DNA of 64,000 nucleotides from Anaeromyxobacteraceae bacterium (lineage in GTDB: Bacteria; Myxococcota; Myxococcia; Myxococcales; Anaeromyxobacteraceae): assembly GCA_047602405.1 (NCBI GenBank), contig JASGHJ010000001.1:768001-832000 (forward strand). Reading direction: 5' to 3'. The notes beneath the pieces were generated by a model. The model was given only the letters and a program-made list of their open reading frames with translations. It had not been told where the DNA came from and made no database searches. The first letter of the stretch is position 1, and each line of letters starts with the position of its first letter. Positions 20,425 through 28,898 of this stretch are shown piece after piece. A program made the position numbers and the translations under genes.

Positions 20425-21918
20425 GTGAGCCCACCCTCGAGCCCCGCGCAGGCGCCCGGCGCCCGGCCCGACCCGTCCGCTCCGCCCGCCATCTCGCTCC
20501 TCGGCGCCGCCGTCCGGTACGGCGCCGTCACGGCGCTCGCGCCGCTCGACCTCGCGCTCCGCGCGGGCGAGCGCGTCGCGATCGTCGGGCCGAGCGGCGC
20601 GGGCAAGACCACCCTCCTCAAGCTCCTCAACACCACGCTCGCGCCCACCGAGGGCACCGTGGCAGTGCTGGGCGAGGAGCCGGCGCTGCTCTCCGCGCGG
20701 GCGCTCCGCCGGCTGCGCGCGCGCATCGGCACCGTCCACCAGCAGCTGCACCTCGTCCCGCAGGCGACCGTCTTCCAGAACGTGGTCGCCGGCCGGCTCG
20801 GGCGCGCGACGCTCGCCGGTGCGCTCGCGGCCCTGCTCTCGCGGCGCGAGGCCGCGGCGGTGCGCGCGCTGCTCGCCGAGGTCGGCATCCCGGAGAAGCT
20901 GCACGAGCGGCTCGACCGGCTCTCCGGCGGCGAGCAGCAGCGGGTCGCCATCGTCCGGACCCTGCACCAGGCGCCGGACCTCGTGCTCGCCGACGAGCCG
21001 CTCTCGGCGGTCGACCCCGAGCGCGCGAGCGAGCTCGCCGCGCTGCTGGCCCGCGCGTACGCGGGGCGCACGCTCGTGGTCTCCACGCACCGGATCGAGC
21101 CGCTGCTGCCCCACGTCGACCGCGTGATCGGCCTGCGCCGCGGGGAGCTCGCCTTCGATCTCCCGGCCGAGCGGGTGCGGCTCGCGGACCTGTCGCGCGT
21201 GTACCGCTCGGAGCGCGCGGAGGCAGGCCAGGCCTCCGGCCTGCGCGCCGCGCCGGGCGGGCCAGCGGCCGCGACCGTCGACGAGCCGGCCGGCCTCCTG
21301 ACGCTCGCGGCCTCGAGCACGCCGGCCGAGACCGTCGTCCCGCCCGCGCTGCGCCGCTTCGTGCGGCTCTACCCCGGCGTCCGGCTGCACCTCGTGCAGG
21401 GCGGCTCCGCGGCGGTCGAGGCAGCCGTGCGGGAGGGCCGGGCGGAGCTCGGCTTCGTCGGCGCCCGGCCCCTCGCCGACGGGCTCGAGCAGACGCTCGT
21501 GGCCGACGACGAGATCGTCGCGGTGGCCGCGCCGGCGCTCGACCTCGGCCCCCTGCCGCTCGCGCTCGAGGACCTCGCCCGGGTCCCCCGCGTGGAGCGC
21601 GAGGCGGGGTCCGGCACCCGCGCCGTGCTCGAGGACCACCTCCGCGGGCTCGGCGTGACGCTGCCGCCGGCGGTGCTCGAGGCGGAGGGGCTCGCGGCCC
21701 TGCGCGCCGCCGCGATCTCCGGCGTCGGGCTCGCGTTCGTCTCGCGCCGCGCGGTGGCGGACGACCTCGCGACCGGGCTGCTCCGGGTGGTGCCGGTCGC
21801 CGGGCTCGAGATCCCGCGGCACGTGTTCGCAATCCACCGGCCGGCGCCCTCGCCGTCGGCCCGGGCGTTCCTCGAGGTCGCGCGCGCCTGCGCCGGTGCG
21901 CCGGGGGCCGGCGGGTGA
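20425..21918 (+). CDS. PhnC-like ABC ATPase fused to a LysR substrate-binding domain
   Basis: GPSGAGKTT, LSGGEQQRVAI, LADEP and STH, followed in frame by GLLTLAASSTP...FVRLYPGVRL...REAGSGTR...GVGLAFVSRRAV (LysR effector domain). No HTH. Confidence 0.9.
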   Translation: MSPPSSPAQAPGARPDPSAPPAISLLGAAVRYGAVTALAPLDLALRAGERVAIVGPSGAGKTTLLKLLNTTLAPTEGTVAVLGEEPALLSARALRRLRARIGTVHQQLHLVPQATVFQNVVAGRLGRATLAGALAALLSRREAAAVRALLAEVGIPEKLHERLDRLSGGEQQRVAIVRTLHQAPDLVLADEPLSAVDPERASELAALLARAYAGRTLVVSTHRIEPLLPHVDRVIGLRRGELAFDLPAERVRLADLSRVYRSERAEAGQASGLRAAPGGPAAATVDEPAGLLTLAASSTPAETVVPPALRRFVRLYPGVRLHLVQGGSAAVEAAVREGRAELGFVGARPLADGLEQTLVADDEIVAVAAPALDLGPLPLALEDLARVPRVEREAGSGTRAVLEDHLRGLGVTLPPAVLEAEGLAALRAAAISGVGLAFVSRRAVADDLATGLLRVVPVAGLEIPRHVFAIHRPAPSPSARAFLEVARACAGAPGAGG

Positions 21919-23594
21919 AGCGCCCGTCCGTGCCTCGACGGGCCGGGGACGATCGGGCCGCTCGCCCGCCCCTCCCCGCCTTCCTCCGCTGGCCCGCGCT
22001 CGTAGGGATGGCCGTCGTGGCCGTCGCCTGGCGGGTGGTCGACGGCGACCTCGCCCTCCTCGTCTCGAAGGACGCGCGCGGCGCCATGGCCGACTTCGCG
22101 CGCGGCTTCTGGCCGCCCGCCCACGACGCCGGGCTGCTCGCCCTGCTCGCCCGGCCGCTCGTCGAGACGCTCGCGATCGCGTTCCTCGGCATGACGGTCG
22201 CGCTCGCCCTCGCGCTGCCGCTGTCGATGCTCGCCGCCGATCCCGCGCTGCTCGTCGCGGGCGGGGAGCGCCCCTCGGCCGCGCGCCGGGCGGCGTGGAT
22301 GGCCGCGCGCGGGCTCCTCAACCTGATGCGGTCGATCCCGGAGATCGTCTGGGCGCTCGTCTTCGTGCGCGCGGTCGGGATGGGTCCGACCGCCGGCGTG
22401 CTCGCGATCGGCATCGGCTACGGCGGCATCGTCGGGAAGGTGTTCGCCGAGACCTTCGAGTCGACGCCGCGCGGCCCGTCCCGCGCGCTCGCCGCCGCCG
22501 GGGCGCGGCCCGCGGGGGCGTTCCTCTTCGGCGTGCTGCCCGGCGCGCTGCCGCTCCTCTCCTCCTACACGCTCTACCGGCTCGACTGCGCGCTGCGCGC
22601 CTCCGCGGTGCTCGGGCTCGTCGGCGCGGGCGGCATCGGGCTGCAGCTCGAGCTCTCGATCAAGATGTTCGCGTGGGACGAGGTCGCCGCGATGGTGCTC
22701 GGCCTCTTCGGGCTCGTGGCCGCGCTCGACCTCGCCTCGCGCCGCCTGCGCCGGCGCATCCACGCGAGCCGGGGGTTCCTGCCCGCGGGCCGGCGCGGCG
22801 CGGCCGTGCGGCTCGCGATCCCGGTCGCCTGGCTCTCCCTGGCGGCGGGCGCGGTCGCGTTCCTCCGGCTGCCGCTCGGCGAGCTCTTCTCGCTGGAGAC
22901 GCCGCGGAGCGCGTGGGCGTTCGTCGCCTCCACCTGGCCGCCTGACGTGTCGCCCGCCTTCCTGCGCCAGCTCGGCCCCGCCGTGCTCGAGACGCTCGCG
23001 GTGAGTGTCGTGGGGATCGCGATCGCCGTCGCGCTGGGGCTCCCGCTCGCGCTCCTCGCGGCGCGCCGCGGGCCCTCGGCGGCGCTCGCGCGCGTGCTCC
23101 TCGCGCTCGGGCGGACGCTGCCGGAGCTCCTGTGGGCGCTGCTCGTGATCTTCGCGGTGGGCCTGGGACCCTTCGCCGGCGCCCTCGCGCTCGGCCTGCA
23201 CACCGCCGGCGTGCTGGGCCGGCTCCACGCCGAGGCGCTCGAGGAGGTGCCGCAGGCGCCGGTGCTCGCGCTCCGGGCCATGGGCGCGCCCGCGCTCTCC
23301 GCCGAGGCGTTCGCCGCCTGGCCGCAGGCGTTCCCGCAGCTCGCCGCGTACACGCTCTACCGCTGGGAGGTCGCCATCCGCGCGTCCGCGGTGCTGGGCG
23401 TCGTCGGCGCGGGCGGGCTCGGGCAGCTCCTCCACGTGTCGCTGTCCCTCTTCCACCACCACCGCACCGCGACGCTCGTGCTCGCGATCGTGTTGCTCGT
23501 GACCGCGGTGGACCTCTTCTCCGGCTGGCTGCGCGCGCGGATCCTCGCGGGCCGGCCGCTCGTCGCCGCGGCGGCGACGCTGGAGGCGGCGTGA
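21915..23594 (+). CDS. PhnE/PtxC-type ABC permease with two tandem permease domains
   Basis: Two copies of ETLA...R(S/T)(I/L)PE(I/L)xWAL...G(M/L)GPxAG...YTLYRxxxAxRASAVLGxVGAGGxG; GTGA overlap with the ATPase stop. Confidence 0.92.
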   Translation: MKRPSVPRRAGDDRAARPPLPAFLRWPALVGMAVVAVAWRVVDGDLALLVSKDARGAMADFARGFWPPAHDAGLLALLARPLVETLAIAFLGMTVALALALPLSMLAADPALLVAGGERPSAARRAAWMAARGLLNLMRSIPEIVWALVFVRAVGMGPTAGVLAIGIGYGGIVGKVFAETFESTPRGPSRALAAAGARPAGAFLFGVLPGALPLLSSYTLYRLDCALRASAVLGLVGAGGIGLQLELSIKMFAWDEVAAMVLGLFGLVAALDLASRRLRRRIHASRGFLPAGRRGAAVRLAIPVAWLSLAAGAVAFLRLPLGELFSLETPRSAWAFVASTWPPDVSPAFLRQLGPAVLETLAVSVVGIAIAVALGLPLALLAARRGPSAALARVLLALGRTLPELLWALLVIFAVGLGPFAGALALGLHTAGVLGRLHAEALEEVPQAPVLALRAMGAPALSAEAFAAWPQAFPQLAAYTLYRWEVAIRASAVLGVVGAGGLGQLLHVSLSLFHHHRTATLVLAIVLLVTAVDLFSGWLRARILAGRPLVAAAATLEAA

Positions 23595-23623
23595 ACCCTG
23601 GCGTGCGAAGGGAGGTGAGGCGC

Positions 23624-23662
23624 GTGATCGACATCGAACGGCGCGTCCCGCTCGACCGGTGA
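23624..23662 (+). CDS. Putative leader peptide MIDIERRVPLDR-UGA (possible Sec readthrough)
   Basis: SD GGAGG(T) at 23611-23616, with GGAGG ending 8 nt before the GTG. An in-frame GTG at 23591 overlaps the permease stop. The UGA is followed by a hairpin. Confidence 0.45.
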   Translation: MIDIERRVPLDR

Positions 23663-23692
23663 GGCCGCGAGGCCCGGGCGAGTTCGCCCGCC
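23663..23692 (+). promoter_or_regulatory. SECIS-like stem-loop after the uORF UGA
   Basis: CGGGCG-AGTT-CGCCCG stem-loop whose apical loop begins about 18-19 nt after the UGA and contains GU. Confidence 0.35.
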
Positions 23693-23708
23693 ACTCTTCC
23701 TCTACATC

Positions 23709-23758
23709 CCGTTCGCCCCGAGCGTAGCAGCCGCGAAGCGGCTGCGGAGACGAGGGGC
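23709..23758. repeat. REP-like palindromic element
   Basis: CCGTTCGCCCCGAGCGTAG-CAGCCGC-GAA-GCGGCTG-CGGAGACGAGGGGC. Confidence 0.85.
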
Positions 23759-23789
23759 CCGAGCCGTCACCTTGGCCACAGGAAACGCC

Positions 23790-24650
23790 ATGTCCTTCCG
23801 CACCACCTCCGCCCTCACCCTCCTCGCAGTCCTCTCCCTCACCTCCCCGGCCCGCAGTGCGGCCCAGGAGCTCCGGGTGAGCGCCATCCCCGACGAGGCG
23901 CCCACCGAGCTCGTGCGCAAGTTCGCGCCGCTCGGCGCCTACCTCGAGAAGCAGCTCGGCATGAAGGTCTCCTTCGTGCCGGTCTCCGACTACGCCGCCA
24001 CCGTGGAGGGCCTCGCCGCCGGCAAGCTCGACATGGTCTGGTACGGCGGCTTCACCTTCGTCCAGGCGCGCCGCCGCACCGGCAACGCCGTGCCGCTCGT
24101 GCAGCGCGAGGAGGACGCGCACTTCCACTCCAAGTTCATCGTGCCCGCCTCCTCGAAGGCGCAAACCCTCGCCGACCTCAAGGGCGCGAACTTCGCGTTC
24201 GGCTCGGTGAGCTCGACCTCCGGCCACCTCATGCCGCGGCACTTCCTGCTCCAGGCCGGCATCGACCCCGAGAAGGACTTCTCGAAGGTCGCCTTCTCCG
24301 GCGCGCACGACGTGACCGCGAAGTGGGTCGAGGCCGGGAAGGTGGACGCCGGCGCGCTCAACGAGTCGGTGTTCAAGAAGCTCGTCGACGAGGGCAAGCT
24401 CGACATGACGAAGATCCGGGTGCTGTGGACCACGCCGGATTACCAGGACTACAACTGGACCGTCCGCGGCGACCTCGACCCGAAGCTCCAGGCGAAGCTC
24501 AAGGACGCCTTCCTCGCGCTCGACCCCAAGAACCCCGAGCAGAAGGCGATCCTCGATCTGCAGCGGGCGTCCAAGTTCATCCCGACGTCGCCCGCGAACT
24601 ACACCAGCATCGAGGCCGCCGCGAAGTCGGCGGGGCTGATCAAGGACTGA
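23790..24650 (+). CDS. PhnD-type ABC substrate-binding protein, resembling the putative selenate-binding subfamily
   Basis: Signal peptide; SAIPDE...FVPVSDYAATVE...DMVWYGGFTFVQAR, FAFGSVSSTSGHLMPR, FSGAHD, GALNESV, YQDYNWT. The subfamily call is from memory of the motif pattern. Confidence 0.88.
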   Translation: MSFRTTSALTLLAVLSLTSPARSAAQELRVSAIPDEAPTELVRKFAPLGAYLEKQLGMKVSFVPVSDYAATVEGLAAGKLDMVWYGGFTFVQARRRTGNAVPLVQREEDAHFHSKFIVPASSKAQTLADLKGANFAFGSVSSTSGHLMPRHFLLQAGIDPEKDFSKVAFSGAHDVTAKWVEAGKVDAGALNESVFKKLVDEGKLDMTKIRVLWTTPDYQDYNWTVRGDLDPKLQAKLKDAFLALDPKNPEQKAILDLQRASKFIPTSPANYTSIEAAAKSAGLIKD

Positions 24651-24713
24651 GGGGCGGGCTGTAGTGCGCCGACGGCGATGTCGAGGTCGGTCGCAGGCCG
24701 GCGGTTTCCCTCT

Positions 24714-24763
24714 CCGTCAGTCCCGAGCGTAGGGCCCGCGCAGCGGGCCCGGAGACGAGGGAC
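24714..24763. repeat. REP-like palindromic element
   Basis: CCGTCAGTCCCGAGCGTAG-GGCCCGC-GCA-GCGGGCC-CGGAGACGAGGGAC. Confidence 0.85.
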
Positions 24764-24796
24764 GTCACTTCGTCATTTCCGGTGGTCCGCGGAGGT

Positions 24797-25504
24797 TCAC
24801 CTCACCTCCGCGACCACCGGGTTGTGATCGCTGAGCCGCGTCCAGAGCCGTCCCGTCACGACCTCCGCCGAGACGAGCCGCTTCACCCACGCGCGCGGCA
24901 CGAAGATCCCGTCGCAGTGATAGGGCATCCTCCGGTCGCCGCTCCACCGCAGCGTCTGCGCGAGCGGTACGCCGGGGTGCATCGCCTGCCACGCCGGGAC
25001 GAGCCCGAGCTCCGCCGCGAAGCGGTCCAGGAGCCGCTCCTCCGCGCGGAGCATCCGGACCCGCTCGTCGCCGCTGCGGTAGCCCGCGACGACGTTGAGG
25101 TCGCCGCCCACGAGCAGCTCCGCGCCCTCGCCGAGTCGGGCCAGCCGATCGAGGATCGTCCCGAGCGTCCGCACGTACCCGTGCGCGCCCACGGGGCAGT
25201 GGATCGAGAACACCCGCAGCGGCTTCAGCGCACGCCGCCCCGGCAGCGTCACCTCGCCGCCCACCACCCAGCCCGAGAAGCCGCGCACCGGGAGCGGCGT
25301 GATCCCGCCGCGCCTGAGCCAGACCCCCGTTCCCCACCGCCGCCCCGGCGCCGCCTGCCACAGCGCGACACCGGAACCGGCAGGCGGCATCGCCGCCTCC
25401 TGCGCGAGGATCACGTCCGGCGCGAGCCGCTCGTGGAGCCGCTCCCACTGCCGCGCCCGCCGCGCGCTCCCGCCGACGAGGAAGTTGTAGGTGGCGATGC
25501 GCAT
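24797..25504 (-). CDS. Endonuclease/exonuclease/phosphatase (EEP) family protein
   Basis: MRIATYN, DVILAQE, GGDLN, CDGIF, LSDHNPV. Confidence 0.9.
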   Translation of the reverse strand: MRIATYNFLVGGSARRARQWERLHERLAPDVILAQEAAMPPAGSGVALWQAAPGRRWGTGVWLRRGGITPLPVRGFSGWVVGGEVTLPGRRALKPLRVFSIHCPVGAHGYVRTLGTILDRLARLGEGAELLVGGDLNVVAGYRSGDERVRMLRAEERLLDRFAAELGLVPAWQAMHPGVPLAQTLRWSGDRRMPYHCDGIFVPRAWVKRLVSAEVVTGRLWTRLSDHNPVVAEVR

Positions 25505-25627
25505 CGGTTCGTCAGCAGCCCGCCGTCGTCCTGAGAATCTCTTTACCAGTGGAGTTCCGAAAAGGGCGGACGGCATATTCACTTACCGTCACGCCATTCA
25601 TCGATGAGGTCCCTGCAGGGCGTGTCT

Positions 25628-26419
25628 TCAGAACTCCCGGACCTCCTCGACGACCTCCTCGGCGTTCTCGAGGCCCGCGGCGGTGGCCGAGTCGACCAGG
25701 AATTCGAAGACCTCCTCGGCGACTACCGTGTCGATCCCCGGTTCGCTGGTGTCATCGAGCGCGTTGAAGGCCTTCACGCAGGTACGAAGGGCCTTGGCCT
25801 TCGCGCGGGAGGTCTTCGCGGCCGCCAGCTCCTGCTGGAAGGCCTCGAGCAGCCGCGTGCCCGCGGTGACGACCTCGGGGGCCACGTCGGGTTGCCAGTT
25901 CAGCTCCGGAACGGCCGCCGGTTTGCTCGCGCCAGAGCGGACGGGCTTCCGGCGCATGAGCGCCCTTGCGCGGCGCTCCATGTCTCGCATCCGCTTCCTT
26001 TCGAACTCGCGGAAGCCGTCGGGCCTGAGCCGGTACTCGCACTCGAGAGCGATCTTGTCGCGCAAGAAGTCCCAGTGGATGACGCCCTCGACCCGGGGCG
26101 GACCGGGGGGCATGGACCCCGACTGTTTCCCGAGCCAGTCGAAGTCCGCCGGCAGCTCGCCGGCAGCGTAAGCGATGGAGGGAAGGATCTTCGCGCCGAA
26201 CTCGCGGAAGTGGGTGAGCGTCAGGGCTTCCGTGGCGAGCGCAGCTGCGAGGTCTGGGAGCTGCGTCCCCCGCCACACGGCCAGCTCCAAGGTGAAGGCC
26301 TCGGCCCTCCAGGTCTCGGACCAGGACTTCGCGAGCACACGGCAGATTCCCGTGCCCACGTCAGCGACGGGGAACAGGTAGACGTCGCCGGGCTCGGGCG
26401 GCTTCGGCTCCTTCGCCAT
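25628..26419 (-). CDS. Hypothetical protein
   Basis: 263-aa ORF with natural amino-acid composition and a visibly less GC-extreme sequence than its neighbours. Confidence 0.7.
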   Translation of the reverse strand: MAKEPKPPEPGDVYLFPVADVGTGICRVLAKSWSETWRAEAFTLELAVWRGTQLPDLAAALATEALTLTHFREFGAKILPSIAYAAGELPADFDWLGKQSGSMPPGPPRVEGVIHWDFLRDKIALECEYRLRPDGFREFERKRMRDMERRARALMRRKPVRSGASKPAAVPELNWQPDVAPEVVTAGTRLLEAFQQELAAAKTSRAKAKALRTCVKAFNALDDTSEPGIDTVVAEEVFEFLVDSATAAGLENAEEVVEEVREF

Positions 26420-26444
26420 GGGTGAGAGGATGCCACGGGGCGCC

Positions 26445-26494
26445 GCCCCTCGTCTCCGGGCCCGCTGCGCGGGCCCTACGCTCGGGGCGAACGG
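26445..26494. repeat. REP-like palindromic element
   Basis: GCCCCTCGTCTCCG-GGCCCGC-TGC-GCGGGCC-CTACGCTCGGGGCGAACGG. Confidence 0.85.
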
Positions 26495-26509
26495 GGGGAC
26501 GCCTCCCCC

Positions 26510-26767
26510 TCAGTCCTTCGACTCCGCATCGAACGCGTCGGCGTGCTCGAGGAGGTCGAGGTTCTGGAGGAGATCGAGGTTCTTGATGATCTCCTCGTCC
26601 TCCGGGGAGAGGGGTTTCTGCGGGGGCGGCGGAGGGGCTGGCGGCCTGCGATCGAGCGCGGCCCCGTCCTTCGCGGCGGGCGGCGGCGGGGGCGGGGCCT
26701 CCGGCGCAGACGTCTGCGCGGGGGCCTGGGCGAGGCAGAGGGCGGTGAAGAGCGCGGCGGCGATCAC
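26510..26767 (-). CDS. Small exported protein with Pro-rich linker and acidic Leu-rich tail
   Basis: GTGA overlap with the upstream stop; signal VIAAALFTALCLAQA; tail EDEEIIKNLDLLQNLDLLEHAD. Confidence 0.75.
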   Translation of the reverse strand: MIAAALFTALCLAQAPAQTSAPEAPPPPPPAAKDGAALDRRPPAPPPPPQKPLSPEDEEIIKNLDLLQNLDLLEHADAFDAESKD

Positions 26768-28347
26768 GGGGTCACCACGTCGACCGCGAGGATGGCCCGG
26801 TACACGGTGTCCTGGCCACCGTAGAAGTCTCCCGGGAGCAGCACGTCGCCCTCCACCTGGAGCGCGAGCCAGGGCAGGGCCTGCCACGCCCCCTGCGCGT
26901 CGACCTCCCAGCCGTAGACCTTGCCGCCGAACGGGCCGGTGCGGTCGGCGCGGAGCCAGGCGCCCTTCACGTCGAAGCCGAGCTCGTCGGTCGGGTCCCA
27001 CGAGACGCGCAGCGCGGGAGACAGCACGCCCCGGCCGTTCACGCCGGGGGCGGTCGCCTCGCGCGCGACGAAGGTGTTCGCGAGGCCGGCCTTGAAGAAG
27101 AGGTTCGTGTGCGGCACGTAGGGCACGACGCCCAGGAAGCCGTCGTAGCTCGCGCCCTTCTCGAGCGAGAGCTGGCCGCCGGAGAGCCAGACGAACGAGG
27201 CGCCCGCGGAGAAGCCGGCGGGGAGGTCCACGTCCCACCCGGCGCGCGCGGCGCGGCCGTGCACGGGCGCCGCCTCCACGAGCCGCAGCCGCGGCACGTC
27301 GACCGAGTCGATGGTCCCCTCGAGCGCGGCCAGGGTCCACGTGAGCCGGTGGCCGGGGAGCGGCGCGAGGTCGCCGGTGGTCCCCACCCACCACAGCCTC
27401 GCCGCGCTCGTCACCTCGCGGGCGAGGGCGCGCGCGAGCTGCCGCGCGGCCACCTCGCGCGTGGCGGCGTCCGTGGCGGCGTCGTGGTCGGCGACGCGCC
27501 GCTCGATCGCCTCGCCCCGCAGCGCCTCGGCCACGGCGTTCGAGCGATCGCGCAGGTACGCGCCGAAGACGCCGACGCGCTCGAAGAGCGAGACCTGCCA
27601 GTCGGCGCTCGCCGCGAACATCGGCGAGGCGGTGGAGCCCGCGGTCGGCCAGGTGCGGTCGGGGACGAGCGCCTTCGCCGAGAGCCCGAAGGGCGGGCCG
27701 ATCGCGCCGAGGTCGAGGTCCACCGCGCCCACCGCGGCGGCGTCGTCGTGCACGAGGCCGCCGCCGACGAGGGTGCGGCGGCGCCCGACCGTGAACCTCG
27801 CGAAGCCGGCGCGGCCGAGCGCGACGGTGCCGTACACCTCGCGCAGCAACCACGTGTCGCGCAGCTCGTCCGTGGCCGGGCGGCCGTCGAGCGTGAGGCG
27901 CGAGCCGGTCTCGGCCACCGACGGGACCGGCACGATCGTGTGCAGCGCGGGGACGAGGCAGTAGCGCTCGCCGGGGTTCGCGAGGCCGGTGGGCGAGCCG
28001 TTCTGGCCGCCGCTGAGGCAGACGTCCACGACGGTGTGATCCCGCCGGAGCCGCGCCTCGCCGGTGTCCGCCGCGAGGTGGAAGCGGAAGTCGCCCTCGT
28101 GGGAGCGCCAGTCGAGCCCGAGCGACGCGACGGCGGAGCCCCAGCGCGCGTCGGCCGAGGGCACGAGGTAGTCCGAGAGCGCGAAGTCCGTGCGCGCGGG
28201 GTCGTAGAGCACGTCGGTGGTCGGGCGGTTGCCCTCGGACGTCGCGCGCAGGTGCAGCCCGAGGTCGAGGCGCAGCTCACCCTCCCCCGCCCGCGCCGGC
28301 GGCGCGGCGAGGAGGCACAGCGTGAGCGCGGCCGTCCGGGCGTGCAG
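26764..28347 (-). CDS. Outer-membrane beta-barrel protein (alginate-export-like), probable CTG start
   Basis: The frame is open upstream of the track start (28212) to CTG at 28347, which has GGAGG 7 nt upstream and gives a signal peptide MHARTAALTLCLLAAPPARA. C-terminal GWEVD...GDVLLPGDFY strands. Confidence 0.75.
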   Translation of the reverse strand: MHARTAALTLCLLAAPPARAGEGELRLDLGLHLRATSEGNRPTTDVLYDPARTDFALSDYLVPSADARWGSAVASLGLDWRSHEGDFRFHLAADTGEARLRRDHTVVDVCLSGGQNGSPTGLANPGERYCLVPALHTIVPVPSVAETGSRLTLDGRPATDELRDTWLLREVYGTVALGRAGFARFTVGRRRTLVGGGLVHDDAAAVGAVDLDLGAIGPPFGLSAKALVPDRTWPTAGSTASPMFAASADWQVSLFERVGVFGAYLRDRSNAVAEALRGEAIERRVADHDAATDAATREVAARQLARALAREVTSAARLWWVGTTGDLAPLPGHRLTWTLAALEGTIDSVDVPRLRLVEAAPVHGRAARAGWDVDLPAGFSAGASFVWLSGGQLSLEKGASYDGFLGVVPYVPHTNLFFKAGLANTFVAREATAPGVNGRGVLSPALRVSWDPTDELGFDVKGAWLRADRTGPFGGKVYGWEVDAQGAWQALPWLALQVEGDVLLPGDFYGGQDTVYRAILAVDVVTP

Positions 28348-28382
28348 TCGAGGTCCTCCCTCGCCGATCTCGAGCTACGGCC

Positions 28383-28898
28383 TCACGGCCCCTTGCGCCG
28401 CTCGCGCCGCCGCTCCCGAAGCTCCTGGCGCTCCTCGGGCGACATGGCGCGCCACTTCCGGAGGTTCTCGCGAAACCGCGCGCGGTCCTCCGGCGAGCCC
28501 CTCGCCACGTCGCGGAGCGCCCGCCGGAGCTGCGCGCGCCGCTCCGGCGAGAGCTCGCGCCACCTCTCGAGCTTCTCGAGGATCTCCCGCCGGTCGGCCT
28601 CGGGCAGCCGCTGGAACGCCTGCCAGTTCTCGCGGAGCTGGCGGCGGCGCTCGGGCGGCAGCGCCCGGAACCGCTCGAGCGCGTCGCGGCGGGCCTGCTG
28701 CTCCTCGGGCGGCAGCGCCTTGAACTGCTTCCACTGCTCGCGGAGGCGCTCGCGCTCCTCCGGGCTCATACGCTCCCAGCGCTCGCGGTTCGACTCGTCG
28801 CCCGCGGGGGCGCCCTCCTGCGCGCGCGCCCCGCCGGAGAGCGCGAGCGCCGCGAGCGCCACGAGGGCGAGGCGGGTCAGGGACCTCGGGGTGATCAC
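28383..28898 (-). CDS. DUF3106-like exported protein
   Basis: Signal peptide followed by repeated W/FxxL/M(S/P)PExRxxLR helical units. Confidence 0.8.
   Translation of the reverse strand: MITPRSLTRLALVALAALALSGGARAQEGAPAGDESNRERWERMSPEERERLREQWKQFKALPPEEQQARRDALERFRALPPERRRQLRENWQAFQRLPEADRREILEKLERWRELSPERRAQLRRALRDVARGSPEDRARFRENLRKWRAMSPEERQELRERRRERRKGP

Noticed and set aside
19758..23594. 1278-aa ORF joining DUF3501 to the permease
   Set aside because: Artefact of the frameshift at about 19966 running through an open GC-rich frame; the middle is low-complexity Arg/Ala/Pro.
23592..23594. Sec readthrough at the permease TGA
   Set aside because: No convincing hairpin directly downstream and the permease is already complete. 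TGA is the commonest stop here, so a UGA alone is not evidence.
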